DNA of 28,840 bases from Candidatus Dadabacteria bacterium (lineage in GTDB: Bacteria; Desulfobacterota_D; UBA1144; Nemesobacterales; CSP1-2), in assembly GCA_963805855.1 (NCBI GenBank), contig CAWDVW010000009.1, forward strand, positions 1 through 28,840. The letters are read 5' to 3'. The translations under genes were made by a program, and so were the position numbers. Positions 10,871 through 20,066 of this stretch are shown piece by piece; within the stretch, counting starts at the first letter, position 1, and each line of letters begins with the position of its first letter. The notes below the pieces were generated by a model. That model worked only from the letters and a program-made list of their open reading frames with translations, did not search any database and had not been told where the DNA came from.

Positions 10871-11744
10871 TTATTTGTAATTTTGTTGTTTCCAATTTCG
10901 TCTTGCATCGCACCCCAACTTCTCCTTTAACCACTTGTCAAGGGAGTTTCTGTATACGCATTGTTTCCCAAGCAAAGCCCTTCTTCCTCTTGCAATTATT
11001 ATCATTCTACTCAGAAAGCCTTCACCATGTTTTTTTAAAATTCTACTTACCTCTCGTTTATGAACACTTAAGGGAAGATGAGTTGTCAGCCTGTAACACT
11101 CACAGTGGTTTCTATAATAGTAGAGGCACTCCCTTATTGCCTTAAAAGTGGCACCATTCTCGGCCATCGCCCAGGGAAAATCATAATCATCGGGACCCAC
11201 GTTGTTAAGTGATTCGTCCAGTCCCCCGATTGATAAACCCTTGTCCCTCCGCCAGCAAAGAAGATGTTTAACCGGTGAGCCCCGCTTAAAATCCTCGAGG
11301 CTAAATTCTTCCTTACTATAAGAAATGGAACTAATTGCATTATCCCGTTCGTCTATGATAATTCTAGAGGAATGAAAAAAATCAACTTGTGGAAACTCTA
11401 CTATGTACTGGTTTAACTTTTCAATCGCATCGATTGACCACATATCATCAGCCAGAAGGATTGCGACAAATTCAGTGCTTGCGTATCTCATTCCGGAATT
11501 AACGGCACCTGCCATTTTCCGGCCTTGATTGACGATGATCTCAATGCGTGGGTCACAGAGCTCTTTTTTGTAACAATAATCTAAACCTGTTGTAATCCCT
11601 TTTTTCTACGATGATTAATAAATTCCAGTATTGACAGGTTTGCTTAATCACAGATTCAATAGATTTTTTCAGGAAATCAAAATAATAGTTTTTTAATGGC
11701 ATAAGAACCGTTATGCGATCCTTTTTCAGTTCCCGTCCTGTCAT
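10871..11744 (-). pseudogene. GT2 glycosyltransferase (~290 aa) split by one extra base in a homopolymer
   Basis: N-part ITVLMPLKN...SIESVIKQT (ORF 11553-11792, ATG 11744) and C-part FVAILLADD...GPDDYDF (ORF 10871-11515). Removing one base of the T6 run at 11564-11569 gives continuous QKELCDPRIEIIVNQGRKMAG. Confidence 0.82.
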
Positions 11745-11754
11745 ATCACCACTC

Positions 11755-12840
11755 TTATTTTCCCCCTTTTTGGTAAGCAAGCGAGTCCTCAATCATGTCC
11801 TGACAGCCCCATTTCGGCGAGTACCCGATCAATTTCTTTGCCTTTGTATTGTCCAGGTCATACACCCATCTGACTGGCGCGCGGTACTCTAACACATCGG
11901 TCCCTGTAAGTGCCGCCAACCTCCTGGCAGCCTCTGGGTAATCAATTGGTTGTGGTGCCGAGATATTAAACGCCTCGCCAGCGGCCGCTTTTGACTCCAG
12001 TGTGCAAAGAATTCCATGGGCGACGTCTCGGACATCCACAAGCTGGTTGACCCACGGACGCCCCACCTGGTCTGTAACGGAGCAAGGTTGATCGCCTGAA
12101 GTCGCCCTACTTCTCAATTCTTTCCACGGCTCATGAGCTACCTGGGCATATAACTCACCTTGTGGATATCTTGCGCCTTTTCGCATAATCGAGCACACGA
12201 AATCGACCGACCACCGGGACAAAACGCTGTTTCCGCTCACGATGCTGGAAGGACGGATAACCGAGGCAGAGAGTTTCGTATCCCGTGCTAAGGCCCAGAC
12301 GGTCTGCTCGCCAATCAATTTCGAAATCGAATACGCACCTACCGGCCTCATGGGATGCGTCTCGTCGACTGGGTGGTACTCACAGGCGATCACTTCCGGA
12401 TCGTTTGGGTAGACCGAGGACGAACTTACATAGATTAGGCGATACAGCTTATCCGCAAGATCAGTGCACGCCTTCACCACATTAAATGTTGCCATCACAT
12501 TGTTCTCAAAGGCATAGTCACTGATTAGATTGGCCGTATGGATAACCGCATCTACACCTTGCGCCGCGTGTGTCGCGAATTTTGGATCCATCAAATTACC
12601 GGTCATAAGGTCTATGTCTAGTTTTTCAAGTCGTCCCCTGCGCGGATTCTGAAATGGGATCGGACCTCCCCGCTTTATCTTTTTAGAAATAGAGTTCCAC
12701 ACGCGGTCCAGTCTTTTCCGCGGATTCAAATGGGGTTCGGCTAGAATCGTACCACGAACTTCATAGTTATTCGAAAGAAGCATTCTCACTACGTGGTAGC
12801 CCAATTGCCCATCTGCGCCTGTCACCAGTACTTTGCTCAT
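11755..12840 (-). CDS. NAD-dependent epimerase/dehydratase (extended SDR)
   Basis: VLVTGADGQLG Rossmann motif, YVSSSSVY, catalytic YSISK and VDVRDVA. Confidence 0.88.
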   Translation of the reverse strand: MSKVLVTGADGQLGYHVVRMLLSNNYEVRGTILAEPHLNPRKRLDRVWNSISKKIKRGGPIPFQNPRRGRLEKLDIDLMTGNLMDPKFATHAAQGVDAVIHTANLISDYAFENNVMATFNVVKACTDLADKLYRLIYVSSSSVYPNDPEVIACEYHPVDETHPMRPVGAYSISKLIGEQTVWALARDTKLSASVIRPSSIVSGNSVLSRWSVDFVCSIMRKGARYPQGELYAQVAHEPWKELRSRATSGDQPCSVTDQVGRPWVNQLVDVRDVAHGILCTLESKAAAGEAFNISAPQPIDYPEAARRLAALTGTDVLEYRAPVRWVYDLDNTKAKKLIGYSPKWGCQDMIEDSLAYQKGGK

Positions 12841-12895
12841 CTGTCTCTTTCCTTATGTAAGGCCACTAGGGTTGAAAAAAGATGCGTCTTTATCA

Positions 12896-13945
12896 TTATT
12901 TCTCACTGTCTAGATATTTCATATGGTACCTATAATTTAGATTCTGTGTCCCGGTGCCATCGGCGTTGCTCCGAGTATAGGTCAAGGCCTGTTGTAAACT
13001 TAAGTGCCCTGTTTTATACATTGCTATGGCTTTTTTTAAAGTGTTTAGAAGGGTATCATCTGTCTTATACTGCAGCATCGACGCGGTGAATTCCTCATCC
13101 TGCAATTGGTAGTAATACTTTTTATGTCGAATATGATATATTTTACTGAGATTAAAATAGATCGGATAAGCTGTTAGTTTTTTGAGCTCCTTAGTCAATT
13201 CACATACACCTTGTATATCACAAAGGTGAATGTCCTCAAAGTACATGTGATGACCCTTCAAGAACCAGTTATAGCGCTTGGCAAACTCTTTCTTCATTAG
13301 ATAAAGATCCTCATACGTGTTCATCACTGTGTAGCCGTTGCGATTGGGCATCACTTCTGTCCTGAACCCGAAATTCCACAATTTCAAACGGTTTTTCTTC
13401 AGGAAGTCGAATTTTCCCCGATAAGACTTTGGGCAGTTCGTGAACACCCAATGGGGTGACTCCTTTATCCCAGTTTCTTTAAGATACTGCATAAATTCTT
13501 CAGATCTCGCAGTGGCCAATATCCCCTTTATAGTTTCATAAGTCATCGTTGTTCTGCTGAGATTTCCCAGTATGATGTCAAAATCATTCTTCTCCAAGAC
13601 ACTCAAAACGTTCTCGACGTAATCGACGTCGAAGAACTCCTCCATGTGCATACACATGAAATAGTCATTAAGAACATTCTGATCTAATAGGAAATTGTGG
13701 AAGGAGTATAAGTCCCACGTCGGATAATTACCAAAGAAGTCGCTTTTCTCAATATTGAACAACTGGTAGTTAAAGACCGGTTTTACGGATAATTGAGAGA
13801 AGATTTCCTTTTCATTTTGCAACGTTTGATTGTAAAAAATGACATCGAAGTTTTTGCTTGTCTGCAGATTCAAGGAATGGATCAAAATGTTTAGCAACTG
13901 AATCCCTTTTACGGGATCGATGGTAACGATGAATGTTAATCTCAT
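12896..13945 (-). CDS. Hypothetical protein, probably a highly divergent GT-A (GT2-like) fold
   Basis: SLNLQTSKNFDVIF resembles the GT2 N-terminus. DYFMCMHMEEFF lies where the DxD strand is expected, and YFEDIHL lies at the ED position. ATG 13945 has AGGA upstream; the ORF extends to 13984. Confidence 0.55.
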   Translation of the reverse strand: MRLTFIVTIDPVKGIQLLNILIHSLNLQTSKNFDVIFYNQTLQNEKEIFSQLSVKPVFNYQLFNIEKSDFFGNYPTWDLYSFHNFLLDQNVLNDYFMCMHMEEFFDVDYVENVLSVLEKNDFDIILGNLSRTTMTYETIKGILATARSEEFMQYLKETGIKESPHWVFTNCPKSYRGKFDFLKKNRLKLWNFGFRTEVMPNRNGYTVMNTYEDLYLMKKEFAKRYNWFLKGHHMYFEDIHLCDIQGVCELTKELKKLTAYPIYFNLSKIYHIRHKKYYYQLQDEEFTASMLQYKTDDTLLNTLKKAIAMYKTGHLSLQQALTYTRSNADGTGTQNLNYRYHMKYLDSEK

Positions 13946-14155
13946 TATGGACTTTCCTAAAGGAAATTGCGAAAAGAGAAACAAGAGGTGAGAAGTTCGA
14001 CTTTGCCGCTAGTCGAGCACATGAAGATCATAATCGCCCCGAGTGTTCTTCCTATTGGATGCTAATCTTTCGTCGCAAATAAGCCAAGATTTTACTTGCG
14101 TCATTTATTGGATAATCAAATAGAAAGTTACAGGGCCCGTCGGCATTGAGTCCCA

Positions 14156-15826
14156 TCAAAGGAATCTAATTGTTCTCAACCTCCCATCAATGAGCGTTAG
14201 ATCGCGTGCAAAACTTAACGTGTGCACTCCGGTGATATTTCTGTCCCAATTAGGCTCAATAAAATTCACTTCTTTCTCCAAATACTCGACTTCATTTAGG
14301 ATGACTATTTGGTTGATTCTTATACCGTAGCCATAGCCGTTGGAGCAATCCTGCGATGGTCTATAAATATTGCCATTGCGTTTGAATATTCTTCCTGCTG
14401 GTCTTGACTTTCTAACATCTGAAACAATTGGGTTCTGAGGATGTTCTTTCCACCTATCACTCAATGGATTGTCGGCATAAAACAAGAACAACTCATCGCA
14501 AGTTGAAGCACCCTCATATTCCTTGATATTTGTAAACATCCACCACGTTTTCTGATAATGGAATATTGTAGTATCGACTGCTGTTATGTCTCTCAATAAG
14601 ATTTTATGAAACTGCCACTTATCAAAAGGCTCCAGGCATTTGTATACTTCGATGGTTCTATTTGAGGCGGACTCCGGAATCAAGTAGTATTCGCCATCCC
14701 AATAGAAAACGAAAGGGTGGGATAAGTGATAAGGACGTTCGATAATGATTGCTGGATTGGTAAAATTCCCCGTCTGGTCCATCTCCATCAATGAAATATG
14801 TCCCTTTCTTAACTTATGGATATATTCCTCTATAAAAATATGATAATTTTCTTTTTCTTGAATGACATGCGGATCTGCCCAACCTCTATCTTTCTTGGGA
14901 ATAATTTTCCTGAATCTCCAGAACGAAGTAGACGTTCCCTCATCGAGACTATACATCAAAATCCATTGCTGAAGAAACACTAGGTTGTAAAGCCTACTTT
15001 TGATATGCTTTGCCAAATGTTTAATGAGCAATTTAACAATTTCTCCATTCGTTGGCGCTCTATAAAGTCTATGAGAATAAAAGCTTTCATGGCCATTCAA
15101 TGCTCTTACATTACGAAAAAATTTTTTCTCTCCAAGTTCGTATAGCTCTTTTAATTTCCTAGGCAGCAATGCCGGACTCTTCCAGTAGCAATTATTAAGA
15201 TTTCGATTGAGAGAGAATTGATCCGTAGCTGAAAATGACTTAGATATTACCAAACCATTATCCAAGTCTTCGGTTAGTATCTGCAAAGTTGAACCAGTCA
15301 CGGGACGGCCTTCAAAAACCTCCCAAAACCCGGCCGGTCCACCTCTATTCACCCCATTATCCCCATGATGGTAAGACCATATACCAAATCTCGCTGTTTC
15401 CAATATATTGCCTCTCAGTATCCTAAACCCAAGTCGAATATGAATATCTATTTTGTGCTTTTTAATTTCTAAAATGTCCTTTTCTTCAAAGTAATCCGAA
15501 TACTTCGTCTGAGTCGGCTTTACTTTAATCACGGGAACCGAAGCCAATAGATCGGTTGCTTCCCTCTGCGCGAAGGCATAGGGATGTGGTCTTATGAATT
15601 TATTCTCCAGTCTTCTATAGGCAAGGTATAAGAGCCTGTCCGAATTATCTTTAACACGGGTAAAAAATTCTTTTTTGGTTTCTTCGGAGGTATTCAGAAC
15701 AACTAAATTAATATCTGCGTAATCCGATTGCTTTATTCTATCCAGCATTAGGTATGCCCAAGCAGGTATGATATACGAATCGACGAGGAGCCCTATGCGC
15801 AACTTTTTCTTATTCAGTTTGTGCAC
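14156..15826 (-). CDS. Formyltransferase-like N-terminal domain fused to a GINT1/GH43-32-like beta-propeller domain
   Basis: GIWSYHHGD...RGGPAGFWE...TGSTLQILTEDLDNG matches the formyltransferase pattern. The C-half has propeller-blade motifs WADPHVI, HLSHPFVF, YYLIPES, SRPAGRIF and IYRPSQDCSNGYG. The start codon is uncertain. Confidence 0.72.
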   Translation of the reverse strand: MHKLNKKKLRIGLLVDSYIIPAWAYLMLDRIKQSDYADINLVVLNTSEETKKEFFTRVKDNSDRLLYLAYRRLENKFIRPHPYAFAQREATDLLASVPVIKVKPTQTKYSDYFEEKDILEIKKHKIDIHIRLGFRILRGNILETARFGIWSYHHGDNGVNRGGPAGFWEVFEGRPVTGSTLQILTEDLDNGLVISKSFSATDQFSLNRNLNNCYWKSPALLPRKLKELYELGEKKFFRNVRALNGHESFYSHRLYRAPTNGEIVKLLIKHLAKHIKSRLYNLVFLQQWILMYSLDEGTSTSFWRFRKIIPKKDRGWADPHVIQEKENYHIFIEEYIHKLRKGHISLMEMDQTGNFTNPAIIIERPYHLSHPFVFYWDGEYYLIPESASNRTIEVYKCLEPFDKWQFHKILLRDITAVDTTIFHYQKTWWMFTNIKEYEGASTCDELFLFYADNPLSDRWKEHPQNPIVSDVRKSRPAGRIFKRNGNIYRPSQDCSNGYGYGIRINQIVILNEVEYLEKEVNFIEPNWDRNITGVHTLSFARDLTLIDGRLRTIRFL

Positions 15827-16256
15827 TCCTTTTTATCATAGCCCAATAAAGCGCTTCCACTTCAGGCCAGACCAGGCTTCTTGGGAAGGAAGACACATAA
15901 TTGCTGCCCAATTGCCCTCTTTCCTAAAGTCCAAAACGATAAAAGAGGTTCTATCTTCGCCGGATTTCCGATTGCCGTCTGACTGAATAAATTAGAAAAC
16001 GCCTCAGGTGCAAATGTTAATCCTAATGGATTTTGGATGTGAAGGTTTACCAACTGGACGACCACAACCCTTCTTGAATTAAGAAAGAGAAAAATCTTAA
16101 GACAAGGTCTTATCTCTGCTAACTATGTAATCTTCATAGATTTCCCGGTCTTGCGTAAATCCCAAACTCTAACGCCCTCAATCATTGGGCAACGATGAAT
16201 TCTGCTCCAATAATTGATCCGCTCTGTAAGGCTCTTTTTTGATGGAATATTCATGT

Positions 16257-17390
16257 TTACTTTGTTTGGCCTGTATTTATCTTTTGAAAAATTACAGGAA
16301 ATAGTTTTCTTAATCTATTACAAAAAAGCGACTGAGGAAATCGACCGTGTTTATGTGCGAAATAGCCTCTAAGTTTGTTCTTGATAATGATGGAAAGTGT
16401 ATGATTTGAAAGTAGCTCATTGAGCTTTTCATATTCCTTTTTGACCATATCTTCACTATAAGATTGTGAAAATAAACCATGGCACAAACCCGTTTTAGCT
16501 ATCCAGTTAAATTCATTGCTAGTTTCGTTCAAAACATCTATACAATCTTTAAACGATGAAAAGGCATTGGCATTCCTTAATTCTATACCCAGTTTGAAGT
16601 ACGTTTCAAATGTTTTTCTCGATTTAAGCACAGAAAAAGACGAGACTGTTGGCCGGTTCATTTTAATACTGCCTCCGCTCTCCAAAAATCGTTTCAAAAA
16701 ATCGAATTCTGGATCGCCTGAATACGGTTTTAATAAGTCAGTATCCTCACTAAGGAAGATGCCATGGAGCATTGCTATTTTCGCAATTAACGCCATTTCA
16801 TGGCTGCTATCTTCGAGCCTCTTTAGATGCGAAATTAGCCCGTCTAACTTTTTTCTGTATCTGTATCTCCTTCCTTCCAGCAAGTACTTTGAAAATGTAT
16901 AGTGTGGCGTATAGCTGGGTTTGTGTTCACCAAATGTGTGCCAAGTATATGTCGTATTTCCCTCTAACCTCAAGGCTTGTGACGTAGACCAGCCCTTTTC
17001 TATAATATCATCCCTGAAATCGGTATCCGGAGAAATTGAATCTCTTAATTGAACAAAATCAAAACATTCTCTTCTATACATTTTGATACAACAAGTTCTA
17101 CCGATCAAAGAATCCCTAAGTTGTCCATAAACAGCCCCGGTGCTTTGCTTAATAAATTTTCTAAGTTGTTCGAAGCAATCTTCGTCCAAAATCATATCAG
17201 AGTCCACCTGGACGAAGAATTCGGTTTTTACCTTACTCGCCCCTGAATTCAAAGCTTTATGAAAAGGCGTCACGTTCTCGACTATGATTATATCTCCAGG
17301 TTTAAGCGTTTGTTTTTCTACGCTCTTAATCGCCCGTTGAGTAGTTTCTTCGCCAGTTGTCAATACAACAGCACTAACGTCAGTCATCAT
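16257..17390 (-). CDS. GT2-like glycosyltransferase with duplicated C-terminal helical module
   Basis: VSAVVLT...AIKSVEKQT, ALNSG and FFVQVDSDMIL (DxD); internal 48-aa repeat in the C-half. Confidence 0.72.
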   Translation of the reverse strand: MMTDVSAVVLTTGEETTQRAIKSVEKQTLKPGDIIIVENVTPFHKALNSGASKVKTEFFVQVDSDMILDEDCFEQLRKFIKQSTGAVYGQLRDSLIGRTCCIKMYRRECFDFVQLRDSISPDTDFRDDIIEKGWSTSQALRLEGNTTYTWHTFGEHKPSYTPHYTFSKYLLEGRRYRYRKKLDGLISHLKRLEDSSHEMALIAKIAMLHGIFLSEDTDLLKPYSGDPEFDFLKRFLESGGSIKMNRPTVSSFSVLKSRKTFETYFKLGIELRNANAFSSFKDCIDVLNETSNEFNWIAKTGLCHGLFSQSYSEDMVKKEYEKLNELLSNHTLSIIIKNKLRGYFAHKHGRFPQSLFCNRLRKLFPVIFQKINTGQTK

Positions 17391-17397
17391 TTGCTAC

Positions 17398-18828
17398 TCA
17401 TATCGAGTTGCTCAAAATAACCTCATTAGCAACTTCGTTTAACGTCTTGAACTTTCCAAGTCCACGAATCTTTCTTAGAAATTCTCTATAATAGGGTAGC
17501 CAAATGGATCCGTAGCAATCGTGCAAACAAAAAGCGATAAAATCATGCTTTTTAATATTGTGTATCGCCTCTTTCTCCCAATCTTCATATTTCGCGCCAA
17601 GTTTGTACATTTTTAAATCATCAAAGAAGATCGGTATTTTTACAATTCTATTCTTCATCTCCGGCAATTTCATTCCCAGCGAGTTCTTCGAACTGGCGAG
17701 CCATTCAAAACTACGATAACAAAGGTTCTTGTCGCTTAACTCACGCGTTATTTTTGAGCGTGGTGGTCTGTAACCCTTAATGCGCATATCCACGTACCTA
17801 CACCTATACAGCTGATCCAAAAATTTAGCGTTAGGATTTTTACCTAAGGCTCGTACTAGCACTCGAACAATCTTTTTACAAGATTTCGGCATAGGCCAAA
17901 TTTGATTAAATTTGTGGTCGTAAGAATGAAATGCCAAGCAATGTCCGTCGGCTTCGATTTTAGCCCTTACTTCATTAAAAAGGCAACCGAGAACGTTGTA
18001 GGTTGCTTTCACGTCTAATTCTTTCTCAATTCTCAGCATTTCCTCAAGGTTCTTTTGGGAGGTGTAGTTCGCTAACTCTGCAAAATTGGGGTCCACGTCG
18101 AAATGCCCAATGCCCTTCTCTATATCATGAGTTATACAAATCGTTTTCTCATTATCCATTATTTCCTCTTTTCGCTCGGGAAGTATGACAGTATTTCTGT
18201 TTTTAGCTGTGTCGATTGCCCACCATTCCCCTTTCTTTATCACAGTAAAATGCTTAAGAACTGCCCTATCGTAAACTCTATCGAATAATTCCCTTTGAAC
18301 ATTTCGTGCACGATCGGTATGTTTGAGTACCAGGTCAGCGGTTGGTGAATAAATCGTTTGTAGTTTATGTTCTATGGCAAAATTCATAATGCCGTTTAGA
18401 AGCATATGATGCCAACCTTGGAACTTTTTTTCTATTCTGGTTTTAAACTCTTTCCTCCTGGAAATTCGCTGCACAACATCAGAAACGTAATTTAAGCCAT
18501 ACAGTTTTTTTCCGTCGATAACCAGATACGCAAAAGCTATATGACCAATTTTGCCGAAGTGCTGCTGGTGCCACACTATGTCATCATCAAAAAATAGTTC
18601 TTCGGCGAATTCGTCTATCAATGGCCTATTGGCATATAATATAATTTCCCACGATTTATTATGATCGCTGATTCCACACATTCGCTCGGATAACTTCAAC
18701 GCATCCGGTCCACATTTAGGAATGTAATATATTTTGTGCGGGAAAAAATTCCTTTCCTTATAGCCTTTGCCCAGGAATTCGCTTTTGCAGGCTACGGAAA
18801 TCTCTCGATATTTGGAAACTGATGTCAT
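17398..18828 (-). CDS. Unknown N-terminal domain fused to a polysaccharide deacetylase (NodB/CE4-like) domain
   Basis: C-half motifs ICITHDIE, KATYNVLG, LAFHSYDH, IKGYRPP and FCLHD occur in the canonical CE4 order. The N-terminal ~225 aa are unassigned. Confidence 0.72.
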   Translation of the reverse strand: MTSVSKYREISVACKSEFLGKGYKERNFFPHKIYYIPKCGPDALKLSERMCGISDHNKSWEIILYANRPLIDEFAEELFFDDDIVWHQQHFGKIGHIAFAYLVIDGKKLYGLNYVSDVVQRISRRKEFKTRIEKKFQGWHHMLLNGIMNFAIEHKLQTIYSPTADLVLKHTDRARNVQRELFDRVYDRAVLKHFTVIKKGEWWAIDTAKNRNTVILPERKEEIMDNEKTICITHDIEKGIGHFDVDPNFAELANYTSQKNLEEMLRIEKELDVKATYNVLGCLFNEVRAKIEADGHCLAFHSYDHKFNQIWPMPKSCKKIVRVLVRALGKNPNAKFLDQLYRCRYVDMRIKGYRPPRSKITRELSDKNLCYRSFEWLASSKNSLGMKLPEMKNRIVKIPIFFDDLKMYKLGAKYEDWEKEAIHNIKKHDFIAFCLHDCYGSIWLPYYREFLRKIRGLGKFKTLNEVANEVILSNSI

Positions 18829-20066
18829 TACGCTCGCGGCTCAACTTCTTTGCGTAAGAGTTTTACAAACTCCTCGGTCGCCTTACTGTAATTGGCAAAA
18901 CATTGACGCGAAACTTGCAATCTCTTGGCGCGCATCGGTGCGTGATAATTCAAGCAATTGAAAATATCTTTTATGTCCTTGGGTTCCGCTGCTACGAAAG
19001 AACAGTGTTTCATAAGGTGTATTCTGTCTTCATCCAATTTATCTTTGAACACATCGAGAGGAACCAACTGAATAAGTGGTTTATCAAGAAGCATAAAAGT
19101 GAACGCTCTGCTGGAAATATCAGTGATCAAAATATCCGAAAACGCAAGAGCAGGAATATCATCAATGTCATAGTCAATATGAACACCTGAAAAATTTGAC
19201 AATTTACTCAACTTGTGCTGCCAGTCCATACCTCCAACCATGACCTTGTTAAACGAGCAGGCATGTAGTTTAATAACGATATTGACGTTCAACTCTATGA
19301 GAATGGATATGACTTGGTCAAAATAATCCTCCCTTCGTCTATGAATTAACTCTAATCCTCGCCAGGAGGGCGCAAACAGCACAATTTTCCTATTTGCATC
19401 AAGACCCAGCCTCTGTTCGTACATTTGGCGGGTTACAATAAGGTCTTCAAACCTATCTAAATACGGAAAGCCAATAGAGATCAGCTTAAGGTTAGCTTTC
19501 CCGTTTGGGAGGAATCTACGAATCAAGTCCAAATCATAATTTCCGTTAACCAGCGTCAAGTCAAAATCGAAAATCGTTTTGCGAAAAGGATGTTTTGTAA
19601 CTATGCGACTTGAAACACCAGCTCCGTGCTTCAGCAAGATTTTCTTGGCTCTTCTTAACGGGAACTTCGAATACACATCGGTACAAACGATAATGTCGAA
19701 TTTGCACCAGATTGTTTGCCAATAATCTTTGATGTTCTTTCGTGGAATTCGAAGGGCCGAATGAACAAATTTTCTTAATTCAAGTCTCGATCTATGCGAA
19801 AAGTGAGGATGTGGCAAAATTATGAAGAATATTTCGATTGCTTCAGCCTCTTCGAGCAGTCTCGGAGTGATTGTTTGATAAAGCTGTGCCAAATGAACGG
19901 AGTAGGCTTGGAATGCTATCCGTTTCTTTCTGGTTTCGGCAGGAAAAAAAAGGGGGACTATGTTTAAAAATCCGAGTACATTGAGCATTGCCTCTTCCAA
20001 TGCTCGCAGTACTACAATGACTTTATGCTTATGATTTTCCTTCAAACGCTGAATTACCAATTTCAA
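18828..20066 (-). CDS. CDP-glycerol glycerophosphotransferase (TagB/TagF-like) family protein
   Basis: LLKHGAG, IGFPYLD, IVLFAPSWRG, IVIKLHA and SDILITDISS...FMLLDKP. Confidence 0.8.
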   Translation of the reverse strand: MKLVIQRLKENHKHKVIVVLRALEEAMLNVLGFLNIVPLFFPAETRKKRIAFQAYSVHLAQLYQTITPRLLEEAEAIEIFFIILPHPHFSHRSRLELRKFVHSALRIPRKNIKDYWQTIWCKFDIIVCTDVYSKFPLRRAKKILLKHGAGVSSRIVTKHPFRKTIFDFDLTLVNGNYDLDLIRRFLPNGKANLKLISIGFPYLDRFEDLIVTRQMYEQRLGLDANRKIVLFAPSWRGLELIHRRREDYFDQVISILIELNVNIVIKLHACSFNKVMVGGMDWQHKLSKLSNFSGVHIDYDIDDIPALAFSDILITDISSRAFTFMLLDKPLIQLVPLDVFKDKLDEDRIHLMKHCSFVAAEPKDIKDIFNCLNYHAPMRAKRLQVSRQCFANYSKATEEFVKLLRKEVEPRA

